From a virus, in the IMG/VR virus record IMGVR_UViG_3300022188_000007, positions 32,001-96,000 of that record: DNA of 64,000 nt, one strand, 5' to 3'. Shown one piece after another: positions 1 to 8,555 of the stretch. The notes beneath the pieces were generated by a model. It searched no databases. It had not been told where the DNA came from and saw nothing but the letters and a program-made list of their open reading frames with translations. Made by a program: the position numbers and the translations under genes. Positions within the stretch are counted from its first letter, which is position 1. Every line of letters starts with the position of its first letter.

Positions 1-357
1 TTAGATAATATTCCAGGAGCATTAACTAGTAATGTTAATAATTTTATTAATGCATTAAGCCTTAGAAATGAGACATGTTGTTTAAAACATGGACCCAAAG
101 AAATGAAGATTAGGGCACCAAAAGCGGTAGATTTTTTATGTCAGTGTTTAGGTCTTAAAGAGGAAAATAAAACCACCGAGTTATTAAGAATCCCCATTTG
201 TAGTGAATGTGTGGAAGGCTTGTTTAATTCTGAGTGGTTATTGGTGTACTGTGTGAACTGTAACAGCTCACAATGGATATTTAAACCTGAATCATCTATT
301 AAAACTACTGAGGATATGATTTGGTTAGATGAATGTCCTGAGTGTAAGGAGGTGTAG
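1..357 (+). CDS. Cys-rich (Zn-finger) hypothetical protein, 5'-truncated by the window edge
   Basis: The frame of ORF 103..357 stays open back to base 1 (LDNIPGALTSNV...). Motifs CCLKH, CSEC, CVNC, CPEC. Confidence 0.6.
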   Translation, partial: LDNIPGALTSNVNNFINALSLRNETCCLKHGPKEMKIRAPKAVDFLCQCLGLKEENKTTELLRIPICSECVEGLFNSEWLLVYCVNCNSSQWIFKPESSIKTTEDMIWLDECPECKEV

Positions 358-358
358 T

Positions 359-580
359 ATGCCAAAAACAAAAGGTTGGGGCTATTCAGAAAAAAAGCTT
401 CTCAAAAAGAACTATGGTAAACTAACCATTAAAGAGTTAGAACAGTTATTTCCAAATAGATCAAGAGAGTCGATAAATAATAAAATAAAAAGACTTAAAA
501 AATCAGGAGAAATAACAGAAGGTAAAGACGAGGATACTATAAAAAGATCCTATGACCAACGTGGTACAGAAATAGAATAA
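359..580 (+). CDS. Small Myb/SANT-like helix-turn-helix protein
   Basis: AAGGAGG RBS then ATG 359. WGYSEKKLLKKNY...TIKELEQLFPNRSRESINNKIKRL matches the W-x3-E-x2-L...RS-x2-S-I pattern. Confidence 0.55.
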   Translation: MPKTKGWGYSEKKLLKKNYGKLTIKELEQLFPNRSRESINNKIKRLKKSGEITEGKDEDTIKRSYDQRGTEIE

Positions 581-599
581 TTTTAGTAGAGGAGCTTGT

Positions 600-872
600 A
601 TGGAAAATATTGTTAATCCTTTGGAGGCTATATACAAATCAAAGTGTTTCACTTGTAGACATAGATTAAGTAGAGTAGTAGAACCTATTACACAAGAAGA
701 CAAAGAATACTATCTAGAATTCATGGACGTAGAAGACTCAGAGAATTATGATTTATATATAGAACAGCATAAGTGCTTGATGACTGATGAAGATTTAGAC
801 GGTATAATTCTTGAGTGTAACCAATATGAAATGATCAATGATTTTAAATTGATACGGGAGTATAAGTTTTGA
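600..872 (+). CDS. Hypothetical protein with Cys/His residues
   Basis: GAGGAG RBS. CFTCRH and HKC...EC motifs. Confidence 0.55.
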   Translation: MENIVNPLEAIYKSKCFTCRHRLSRVVEPITQEDKEYYLEFMDVEDSENYDLYIEQHKCLMTDEDLDGIILECNQYEMINDFKLIREYKF

Positions 873-1072
873 AAAAGAATAAAAAAAATAAAAAAAATAA
901 ATTTCCAACAATGTTTCAATTTGTAGCTGAACAAAATAGACTAGAACGGACAGGTGGATTACCTGCAGAGCACCCAGAGGGCGCACTAGAGCCATATGAT
1001 GTCCCGTTAACCCCTAGGGAAAGGGATTTCTTTAAACGGCAACTAGAAGAAGCATTAAAAGGATTAGAATAA
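869..1072 (+). CDS. Hypothetical protein
   Basis: TTG start overlaps the upstream TGA stop; fits the operon packing. Confidence 0.45.
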   Translation: MKKNKKNKKNKFPTMFQFVAEQNRLERTGGLPAEHPEGALEPYDVPLTPRERDFFKRQLEEALKGLE

Positions 1073-1088
1073 GGATTAGGAAAGACTT

Positions 1089-1661
1089 ATGGGAATTAAA
1101 AATGAAGGGTTCTATATGGACCTTAATAGGCATGTTGTGGACTTAACTAAAGATAATACAATAGAACGAATAAAAAGTAATAAGATATACGGATGTAGTG
1201 CAAACAGTTTATTTAGAACACTAAGAGATAATGTAGTAAGGGGTGGATGGCAAGACCATGAAGGGTACCCTCTAAGAAGTAAATTTTTTGAGAAGGGTAA
1301 ACTCGCATGTAGTATATCTACTAGAAGATTAGCTAAGATGGTAGGACAGGTAGATAAAACCATCCAAAAAAATGTAAAGAAATTAAAAGGAGTCAGATGG
1401 ATAGAGACATCTAATCAGTACATGGCTAAGAAACAAACTACTTTCATACTAGGTTATTGGGTAGAATATACTGACGCAAAAGGAATAAAAAGGTACAAAG
1501 AAACTTGGTACAGAGATGAAGTTATGGATGGAATTAGACTACTGGATGCTCCTAAAAAAGAGACGTCTATAGAAGAAGATAAGGCCATTTTTGAAGAAGA
1601 AACCCTATCTTTTGGTGATATTTATTTCTACGATACGGCAACTTATTTTGCTCAACCGTAG
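1089..1661 (+). CDS. Winged-helix DNA-binding protein, possible replication initiator
   Basis: SISTRRLAKMVGQVDKTIQKNVKKLKGVRWIE is a wHTH pattern typical of phage initiator N-termini. It is followed directly by direct repeats and an AT-rich tract. Confidence 0.5.
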   Translation: MGIKNEGFYMDLNRHVVDLTKDNTIERIKSNKIYGCSANSLFRTLRDNVVRGGWQDHEGYPLRSKFFEKGKLACSISTRRLAKMVGQVDKTIQKNVKKLKGVRWIETSNQYMAKKQTTFILGYWVEYTDAKGIKRYKETWYRDEVMDGIRLLDAPKKETSIEEDKAIFEEETLSFGDIYFYDTATYFAQP

Positions 1662-1698
1662 TAAAAAGTACTACAGTACCGTAGTAAAAAGTACTACA
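1655..1698. repeat. Two identical 21-bp direct repeats ACCGTAGTAAAAAGTACTACA (23-bp period), each containing the palindrome GTAGTA-N5-TACTAC
   Basis: Read directly at 1655-1675 and 1678-1698. A very AT-rich tract follows at 1699-1800. Confidence 0.85.
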
Positions 1699-1814
1699 TA
1701 TAATATATAAGAATAAAATACTAGATTAACTATTACTACTAGTGTTAATTAAGGTAGTGTTAATAAAAAACTTTTTTAAATTAATTTTAAAAACAAACTG
1801 GATCAAAGATAATA

Positions 1815-2030
1815 ATGGAAACTTTAACAATACACATAGCAAAAAGAACTATGCAATTAAGAGATGTGAATTCTTGCGTAAGTTTTGTAAGTACAATTTG
1901 GAGAGATCAACCGACTATGATCATGTTTAATAATTTAAACAATAAAATCATGAATACTTACTTTTATCCTGCTTATCAAGAAGGTGATATTGAAACGCTA
2001 GAGTATTTAATTTTAGGTTTTTTGAATTAA
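1815..2030 (+). CDS. Hypothetical protein
   Basis: 71-aa ORF in the co-oriented gene run. Confidence 0.4.
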   Translation: METLTIHIAKRTMQLRDVNSCVSFVSTIWRDQPTMIMFNNLNNKIMNTYFYPAYQEGDIETLEYLILGFLN

Positions 2031-2055
2031 AATTTATTAGTTATTTGGAGGGTTT

Positions 2056-2856
2056 ATGGTGAACTTAAAAGAAATATACGAAGTATCTAAAAATCTAAGA
2101 GGTAAGGCGTCCCAAGGTTGGATTCGTCCTACAATAGCTGAATTTTTTACAAGCAAAGATTTTGAAGAAATAGAAAGAATAGATAACATAACAGAAAATG
2201 CAGTTAATGTAGATAGGATGTTTTCTACGCCAGGTGTCGCCTCTAGGGGTATTGCTATTCTAGACAACGGAGACATGGTTACTACTGATCATGAAGCAGA
2301 TCTAATCTACGTACACACAGGGGTAAATGAAGTTATAAGAAATTCTTTTGCTTCTACATATGATTATCCTTGGAGTGCAGTGTATGATTCATCTAGTGAT
2401 AAAGTATTATTATATTCTAACGGTGCCGGTGGTGGAATTGAAACTTATGATTACACGACGGGAGCTGCTGTACACCTTTTTAGTGGAGGTGGTCCAATTA
2501 CAATTGCTAATGGTAATTTAATAGGAGCTACAGGCAATGCTCAGATAACAGAGTATATAGGAATTAACACATCTAATATTAATAATGTAATTGACCTGTC
2601 ATTAGTTTTTGCTGTTGATGGTAGTACCAAAATAGGCGATATTACATTTGACGGAACTAATTTAATTGTTGTAACTAGACTGGCTACTGCTATAATATAT
2701 GTATTTGATGGTATTAGTAATAATTTATTATTTAAATTTAATTCTCCTGGTGTCGGAACTAGTCTTGAATCTAACGGTATTTGTTGGGATCATAGAAGAG
2801 CTAATTTAATAAGTTCTAATACTGGGACTGGTCAGGTATATGTGCACCAAAATTAA
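2056..2856 (+). CDS. Beta-propeller-like (NHL/YVTN-type) repeat protein
   Basis: GGAGG RBS. Repeated blades such as FSTPGVASRGIAILDNGDMVTTDHEADLIYVH and FNSPGVGTSLESNGICWDHRRANLISSNTGTGQVYVH. Confidence 0.55.
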   Translation: MVNLKEIYEVSKNLRGKASQGWIRPTIAEFFTSKDFEEIERIDNITENAVNVDRMFSTPGVASRGIAILDNGDMVTTDHEADLIYVHTGVNEVIRNSFASTYDYPWSAVYDSSSDKVLLYSNGAGGGIETYDYTTGAAVHLFSGGGPITIANGNLIGATGNAQITEYIGINTSNINNVIDLSLVFAVDGSTKIGDITFDGTNLIVVTRLATAIIYVFDGISNNLLFKFNSPGVGTSLESNGICWDHRRANLISSNTGTGQVYVHQN

Positions 2857-2874
2857 AATAATTAATTAAATAAC

Positions 2875-2904
2875 TTGACAAAGACATAAACATGCATATA
2901 TTAT
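2875..2904 (+). promoter_or_regulatory. Sigma70-type promoter upstream of clpP
   Basis: Perfect TTGACA at 2875-2880 with TATATT (16-bp spacer) or TATTAT (18-bp spacer), and an AT-rich UP-like tract upstream. Confidence 0.6.
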
Positions 2905-2962
2905 ATACATGTGGGGGAGAACTCCCGAGATATTAATTAAGAAAAAAAAGGATTTAAGAATT

Positions 2963-3544
2963 ATGGTACCATACGTTATTGAAGCAGGTAAGAATGATCA
3001 GGAAAAAGTATATGACATTTATTCAAGACTTTTGAAAGATAGAATTATTTTTATTAGGGGAGAGTTCGACCATGACCTAGCCGACGCTGTAACTGCACAA
3101 CTCTTATTCCTAGAGTCAGCTGATCCAGATAAAGACATCTTCATGTACATAAACAGTCCTGGAGGAGTGATAGATTCCATGTATAGTATTTATGATACGA
3201 TGAATTACATCAAACCCGATGTATGCACACTTGCTTATGGGCAGGCTTGTTCAGCCGGCTCTTTTATTTTAGCAGCAGGTGCTAAAGGAAAAAGATTTGC
3301 TTTACCTAACTGTAACATTATGATCCATGAGCTATCTGGTGGGAACCAAGGTAAGTTCCACGACATGGAAAATAGTTTTAATAAGACAAAAAATTTATAT
3401 GAAAAAATGGCTAAACATTATGTAGAATTTACTGGGCAGAAACTAGCTAAGGTTAAGAAAGATATGAAAAGAGATCACTACATAAGTTCAGAGGAAGCAG
3501 TAAAATACGGACTGATTGATAAGGTCCAGCATACAAGAGGCTAA
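2963..3544 (+). CDS. clpP: ATP-dependent Clp protease proteolytic subunit
   Basis: YDIYSRLLKDRIIF, QLLFLES, YINSPGG, and catalytic Ser (GQACSAGS), His (IMIHE) and Asp (RDHY). Likely start is ATG 2963 after AAGGA. Confidence 0.95.
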   Translation: MVPYVIEAGKNDQEKVYDIYSRLLKDRIIFIRGEFDHDLADAVTAQLLFLESADPDKDIFMYINSPGGVIDSMYSIYDTMNYIKPDVCTLAYGQACSAGSFILAAGAKGKRFALPNCNIMIHELSGGNQGKFHDMENSFNKTKNLYEKMAKHYVEFTGQKLAKVKKDMKRDHYISSEEAVKYGLIDKVQHTRG

Positions 3545-3545
3545 A

Positions 3546-4178
3546 ATGATTGCATACAACAAAGTATATGAAAAGAAGGATGGCCGGAAGCTAGTAGCTA
3601 CCGGCCCTAGAAGTAATCAGACTAGACAAAAACAGCAGGAAGAAGTTCCTGTTGTTGTGGGTACTTCAGTTATAGAGGCATTAAAAGATGAGCTCAAAAG
3701 TATCACATCTACCATTACCAATAGGTCTAATTCTGACGGTTACACTAAAGATCAAGTAGATGAAATGGTTAATACTGCTATAGAGGAGGTATCTGTAGAG
3801 CTAGAAAAGAAATATATCTTTGAGATAAATACTTTAAAGCAATCATTAAAAGATAGTACCATAAGGATATCAGAACTTACGGCTGTCAATACAGGTCTAC
3901 AAGAAAGAGTAGATAAGAAAGATGATGTGATACTAGAATTAACTAATAAATTAAGTAATTCACCCTCAGTTATTGTGGCTACAGAGAATATGTCATACAC
4001 TCCCGAAGACTCCGACAGGCCTGCTATAGATAATATAGTCATAGACCCTACTGAACGAGGTGCTGGAGATAAGATGGAGTCACATCTTACCGTTAAAGAG
4101 GTTAAATCTCAAAAACCTAAATTATCATCTAATATAGGTAAATTAAAAGAGTTAATGGGTGGGTTACCTAAACTTTAA
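3546..4178 (+). CDS. Coiled-coil protein, possible adaptor of the downstream actin-like ATPase
   Basis: Central heptad-like region. ATG 3546 lies 1 nt after the clpP stop. Confidence 0.6.
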   Translation: MIAYNKVYEKKDGRKLVATGPRSNQTRQKQQEEVPVVVGTSVIEALKDELKSITSTITNRSNSDGYTKDQVDEMVNTAIEEVSVELEKKYIFEINTLKQSLKDSTIRISELTAVNTGLQERVDKKDDVILELTNKLSNSPSVIVATENMSYTPEDSDRPAIDNIVIDPTERGAGDKMESHLTVKEVKSQKPKLSSNIGKLKELMGGLPKL

Positions 4179-4190
4179 TGAGGGGGAGTT

Positions 4191-5363
4191 ATGAATGCAA
4201 AGAATTTTAATAAAACTAAGGGTCCACAAGAGCGTGTACCGAAAATTAAAAATAAGCATGCAAGTGCTGGAGACGAGGAAGTTATGGTAGAAGATACAAC
4301 AAGACCGGCAATAGAAGAGCCCGTAATTGAGCAGGTAATTGAGGAAACGCCTTTAGTGGAGGGAGATCCAGGGCATAAGGGTTTAGATATCGGAACTAAT
4401 ATGTTAGTAGTGGGGAGTATGGATTCAGCAGGGGACGCGTCCTTTAAAATGCAGCGAGATGCTTTTTATAGAATAGAGCCTAAGTCTGAAGTTAATAAAA
4501 ATAGTATTAGAATGTCTTTAGATAAAAGGAAAGCTAGTTATATAATTGATGATGATGAATCGTTTATAGTAGTAGGAGAGGATGCCCTAGAAATAGCAAT
4601 TGAACGACACGACAAAGCTGAACGACCTTTACAGAGAGGGGTAATTTCTCCTCAAAATAAGAAATCATTACCTATGTTGAAATACATTATTAAAGATTTA
4701 CTAGGTCCAGCAAAACCAGGAGCTAAAGTAGTTTATTCAGTACCAGCAGCTCCTACTGATACTAATTTTGATATCGTATATCATACTGAGATTATGGGTA
4801 TGTATTTGAAAGAGTTAGGTTATTCCTCCTCGCCTATAAATGAGTCTTTTGCTATAGCTTTATCAGAACTACTCGATGAAGGACTTACAGGCGTCTGCTT
4901 GTCTTATGGGGCAGGCATGACTAATTGTGTAGTCATCCATCAAGGAGATCCTTTAGTGGAGTTTAGTTTAACTCGGTCCGGAGATTACATTGATCAATCC
5001 GTAGGGAGAGCGCTTGATATTTCACCCAGTCTGGTACAACAGGAGAAGGAAGCTGGTATAGACCTTAATAAACCTGAAGGTGAAATAGCAGAGGCTATAT
5101 CTGTATATTACAGTGCGGTAATTAAATATACATTAGAAAATATAGCATATGAGCTGAGTAAACGAAAGAAAGATTTACCTATTTTTAGGGAAGAAGTCCC
5201 GCTAGTTGTAGCTGGTGGTTTGACTTTAGCTAATGGTTTTGTACCTAAGGTACAGGAGACCATCATTGGTTTAGATTTTCCATTAAAAATTGGGACAGTA
5301 AGAAGAGCCGCTGAACCCATGACAACTGTTGCGCATGGGTGTCTACTAGCTTCTCATTTATAG
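4191..5363 (+). CDS. Actin-like ATPase (MreB/MamK/ParM superfamily)
   Basis: Phosphate-1 GLDIGT, VVGEDAL, RPLQRGVI, VVYSVPA, connect-1 INESFA, phosphate-2-like SYGAGMTN, SGDYIDQ, adenosine motif VAGGLT, connect-2 EPMTTVAHG. Confidence 0.85.
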   Translation: MNAKNFNKTKGPQERVPKIKNKHASAGDEEVMVEDTTRPAIEEPVIEQVIEETPLVEGDPGHKGLDIGTNMLVVGSMDSAGDASFKMQRDAFYRIEPKSEVNKNSIRMSLDKRKASYIIDDDESFIVVGEDALEIAIERHDKAERPLQRGVISPQNKKSLPMLKYIIKDLLGPAKPGAKVVYSVPAAPTDTNFDIVYHTEIMGMYLKELGYSSSPINESFAIALSELLDEGLTGVCLSYGAGMTNCVVIHQGDPLVEFSLTRSGDYIDQSVGRALDISPSLVQQEKEAGIDLNKPEGEIAEAISVYYSAVIKYTLENIAYELSKRKKDLPIFREEVPLVVAGGLTLANGFVPKVQETIIGLDFPLKIGTVRRAAEPMTTVAHGCLLASHL

Positions 5364-5369
5364 TGTTGT

Positions 5370-5395
5370 AATTAAGTAACCTGTTTACGTATAAG
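5370..5395 (+). promoter_or_regulatory. Candidate phage-specific promoter motif AATTAAGTAAC, copy 1
   Basis: Intergenic before the endolysin. The same or similar motif occurs at 12541, 16347, 23289, 23322 and 40805. Confidence 0.4.
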
Positions 5396-5410
5396 GAGAT
5401 ATATAAAAAA

Positions 5411-5806
5411 ATGCCAGCATTTGGAAGAAGATCGCAAGAGAATTTAAGTACAGCTCACCCAGATCTACAGAGATTATTTATTGAGGTAGTTAAACACTTT
5501 GATTGTAGTGTGCTTTGTGGTCATAGAGGTAAAGAAGCTCAGAATGAAGCTTATCACTCAGGTAGGTCTGGGGTAAAGTGGCCTAATGGTGGACATAACA
5601 GTAAGCCATCTTATGCGGTGGATGTAGCCCCTTATATCATAGACTGGGAAGATATAAAAAGGTTTTACATGTTTGTAGGATTCGTTAGAGGCATCGCAGC
5701 CTCTATGAATATAAATATCAGGTGCGGTGCTGACTGGGATGGCGACACTCAAGTCAAGGATCAGAATTTTCACGATCTACCACACTTTGAATTAATTAAA
5801 AATTAG
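5411..5806 (+). CDS. Endolysin, peptidase M15 family (L-Ala-D-Glu peptidase type)
   Basis: HPDLQRL, GHRGKEAQ, Zn-ligand pattern H(N)...AVD...DLPHFEL, and GADWDGD. Confidence 0.85.
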   Translation: MPAFGRRSQENLSTAHPDLQRLFIEVVKHFDCSVLCGHRGKEAQNEAYHSGRSGVKWPNGGHNSKPSYAVDVAPYIIDWEDIKRFYMFVGFVRGIAASMNINIRCGADWDGDTQVKDQNFHDLPHFELIKN

Positions 5807-5821
5807 GAGGAAGTAAATTTA

Positions 5822-6037
5822 ATGGACAACAGAGTTGAAGGTATTGTAAAGTGGTTTAATGATTCTAGAGGTTACGGATTTGTTTATGAGGGTGAAGATT
5901 CACCTGAGGAATTTTTCGTACATTTTAGTGCAATTGAAATGGATGGCTTTAAGACCCTTAAAGAAGGTCAGAAGGTGTCATACACTTTAGTTAAAACAGC
6001 AAAAGGCGTGCAAGCCGCCGATGTAAAGTTAATCTAA
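5822..6037 (+). CDS. csp: Cold-shock domain protein (CspA family)
   Basis: GIVKWFN, RNP1 RGYGFV, RNP2 FFVHFSAI, GFKTLKEGQKV. AGGAGG RBS. Confidence 0.95.
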   Translation: MDNRVEGIVKWFNDSRGYGFVYEGEDSPEEFFVHFSAIEMDGFKTLKEGQKVSYTLVKTAKGVQAADVKLI

Positions 6038-6132
6038 GAGGTTAATCGAACATGATCATCTACCATAATGAAAATCTTACTGGTTTAAATAAAATAGGGG
6101 CTTTAACCAGTAGCCCGTTAAAGGAGAATAAA

Positions 6133-6870
6133 ATGGTATATAATAATCAATTTATAGTAGTAATTAAGCATAAAGGTAAAGTACTAAGGGAGTTTTCAGG
6201 TAACACAGTCAGACTTCCTTTTGGTTCAGACTATTCAATAGCACTGAAGAATAAAGATTCTTCAAGAAAAGCGCTAGTAGAAGTATTTATTGATGGTAAA
6301 GATGCATTAGATGGTAATAGTATTATAGTTGGGTCTAATCAGACTACCGAGCTAAGAGGATTTATGAAAGGGTCAACAGTTAGAAATAAATTTAGGTTTA
6401 TTGAGAAGACTGATGAGATTTCAAAGTATAGAGGAAACTTTATGGAAGATGGCCTAGTGGAGATAAAATATAGCTTTGAGGAACCCCAAACAATACAGTG
6501 GGCTTCTTTAGTTGAAGATAACACTCCAAGAGCGCGCGGTAGTTTTTATAGTGATACTACATTCACTAGTTTTTGTTCTCAGACTAATCAAGTAATTGGT
6601 TGTTCATCAAAGAGCATCAACGATAGTGGCATCACTGTTTCAGGCGCAGAGACTAAGCAAGACTTTCAGATAGGAGTTATAGGTGCAACCGGTTTTAAGT
6701 CATCTATAATTATTCATCTTAAAGGTGAGACTACGGCTACCCCAAAAACTAAAAGGAAAAGGGTAAAGAGACCTATTACTGTCAAGACTAAAATACGTTG
6801 CTCCACATGTGGTCGCCGCTGGAGAAGCAGTATGAAGTATTGTGGTAATTGTTCAACTTATTTGCACTAA
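6133..6870 (+). CDS. Hypothetical protein with C-terminal zinc ribbon
   Basis: AAGGAG RBS before ATG 6133. CSTCG...YCGNCS at the C-terminus. Confidence 0.7.
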   Translation: MVYNNQFIVVIKHKGKVLREFSGNTVRLPFGSDYSIALKNKDSSRKALVEVFIDGKDALDGNSIIVGSNQTTELRGFMKGSTVRNKFRFIEKTDEISKYRGNFMEDGLVEIKYSFEEPQTIQWASLVEDNTPRARGSFYSDTTFTSFCSQTNQVIGCSSKSINDSGITVSGAETKQDFQIGVIGATGFKSSIIIHLKGETTATPKTKRKRVKRPITVKTKIRCSTCGRRWRSSMKYCGNCSTYLH

Positions 6871-6885
6871 AATAAATTACGGTAG

Positions 6886-7281
6886 ATGATTATGTTTTTA
6901 CGACAAAAATTAGATAAAAGAAAAAATATAAAAAATAAAATAAAAGAATTAAAAAGGTGGCTACTAAACTCAGTACCTTCGGACGAATTAATCGCATTGT
7001 TATTAATACAATTAGATGAATTGCAGAATATTAATTTATTAATTGATAAAGTTAATCAACAGACATTAGTTACAATAGGCGGTACTCAGATTAACTTGAC
7101 TACTGCAGTAGAGATAAGAAATACAATTAAATCTAAGGTGGATTTGATAACTGCTTTAATAGCCACTAATACTAGTTTAGATATGACTAATCTTTTAGAA
7201 CAAAGAGATAATTTTATATCTGAATATAGTAGTATAGATGGGGTTATTAGAATAACTGATTGGAATATTAAACTGGATTAA
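6886..7281 (+). CDS. Hypothetical helical protein
   Basis: 131-aa ORF in the operon. Confidence 0.6.
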   Translation: MIMFLRQKLDKRKNIKNKIKELKRWLLNSVPSDELIALLLIQLDELQNINLLIDKVNQQTLVTIGGTQINLTTAVEIRNTIKSKVDLITALIATNTSLDMTNLLEQRDNFISEYSSIDGVIRITDWNIKLD

Positions 7282-7293
7282 AGGAAAAGAATT

Positions 7294-7872
7294 ATGGCAC
7301 TAATAGTAATAAGTGGTAAAGCTAGATCTGGTAAAGATACTTTAGGAGAAATTCTAAAAAATAAATTTAAAAATAATTATTTTACTATGGCTTATGCTAA
7401 TGAGTTAAAACGTAGATTACGTGAGGATTTTGATCTTTCAAGAGAACAACTATACGGTGAGTTGAAGGAAGTGCCGGATGAGCGTTATAGGAAAAACACT
7501 GATAGAGATGAAATAGTTTATTGGACTCCTAGGGAGATTATGCAGTTTATGGGCACTGAGGCTTTTAGGGCCATAGATGATAGTTTTTGGGTAAAACAAT
7601 TATTTAAATATATTAATAGAAATAATTTAAAAAATGTAATTATTACCGATGGTAGATTTCCTAGTGAAATTAACGCTGTTAAAGAACGCGGTGGTATCCA
7701 CATAAGAATAGAAAGAACACATGATTTGGAAGTACATGGAACTTCTCACGCTTCAGAGATTTCATTAGATAATTACACTGAGGCAGATTTTAATATACTT
7801 AATCACGGCACTATTGTAGATTTAGAAGCAATGGCCGAAACAATTATAAAGGAGATTGAAAATGGCAGATAG
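7294..7872 (+). CDS. Deoxynucleoside monophosphate kinase (phage dNMP kinase)
   Basis: P-loop SGKARSGKDT, TPREIMQFMGTE, ITDGRFPSE, HASE. Confidence 0.88.
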   Translation: MALIVISGKARSGKDTLGEILKNKFKNNYFTMAYANELKRRLREDFDLSREQLYGELKEVPDERYRKNTDRDEIVYWTPREIMQFMGTEAFRAIDDSFWVKQLFKYINRNNLKNVIITDGRFPSEINAVKERGGIHIRIERTHDLEVHGTSHASEISLDNYTEADFNILNHGTIVDLEAMAETIIKEIENGR

Positions 7873-8269
7873 CGACTTCAACGTCATGATAGACGTTAAG
7901 ACAGTGAAAAATGTTAGTATTAGTAGGTATAGTGATGGATATAACTATGCAAACGTATCCTCTAAATTAGGGGACAACGAGTATATGAGTGTGCATTATG
8001 AATGGAAAGGTAAGCAGATTCCAGAGTTTGCTTTAAATGTAATGGAGATTATGAAATCCCTAGGTAAAGAGGAAGCCTCTAAAGATAATGACTATGCGGC
8101 CTCCCTTGAAAGGGCCGGCAATTTTTTCATTGAGCAGGCAGCAAAAGCTAAGGATGATAAGAAGAAGGACAAAAAGGATAAGAAGAAAGATAAGAAAGAT
8201 GATAAGGACACCGAAGAGAAAGACGATAAAGGATTCCCTTTCAATAAGAAAAAAAATAAAAAAAAATAA
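7862..8269 (+). CDS. Hypothetical protein with K/D-rich low-complexity tail
   Basis: AAGGAG RBS. The tail reads KDDKKKDKKDKKKDKKDDKD. Confidence 0.65.
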   Translation: MADSDFNVMIDVKTVKNVSISRYSDGYNYANVSSKLGDNEYMSVHYEWKGKQIPEFALNVMEIMKSLGKEEASKDNDYAASLERAGNFFIEQAAKAKDDKKKDKKDKKKDKKDDKDTEEKDDKGFPFNKKKNKKK

Positions 8270-8289
8270 ATTAACTTAGGAGATATTAT

Positions 8290-8535
8290 ATGCCAATTAG
8301 TGAAGGTGAATTCAGAAACCCTCAGTTGAGTAGATATCAAGAAAGATATCCGATGACTTACAATAAGAATGAGCGTTACACTGCTACTATAGTTAATCCT
8401 AAGATTTTTCAGGGCAGATCTAATAGTATAGATGGTAGTGGTTGGAAGGTTCCAGGGTACAACCCAAACCACAACTCTATAGCTATTGAGCGAGTTAATT
8501 TAACTACGGAAGCCCCCTCATTTAGACCATATTAG
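8290..8535 (+). CDS. Hypothetical protein
   Basis: AGGAG RBS, 81 aa. Confidence 0.6.
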   Translation: MPISEGEFRNPQLSRYQERYPMTYNKNERYTATIVNPKIFQGRSNSIDGSGWKVPGYNPNHNSIAIERVNLTTEAPSFRPY

Positions 8536-8555
8536 AATTAAAGGAATTATGACTT

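Noticed and set aside
1742-1930. ORF 1742..1930
   Set aside because: It starts in the AT-rich tract without an RBS and overlaps the more plausible ORF 1815..2030.
6078-6116. Riboswitch or pseudoknot upstream of ORF 6133 (TACTGGTT/AACCAGTA plus GGGCT/AGCCC)
   Set aside because: The two helices leave no linker for an H-type pseudoknot and match no riboswitch consensus I recognise. At most they are alternative hairpins.
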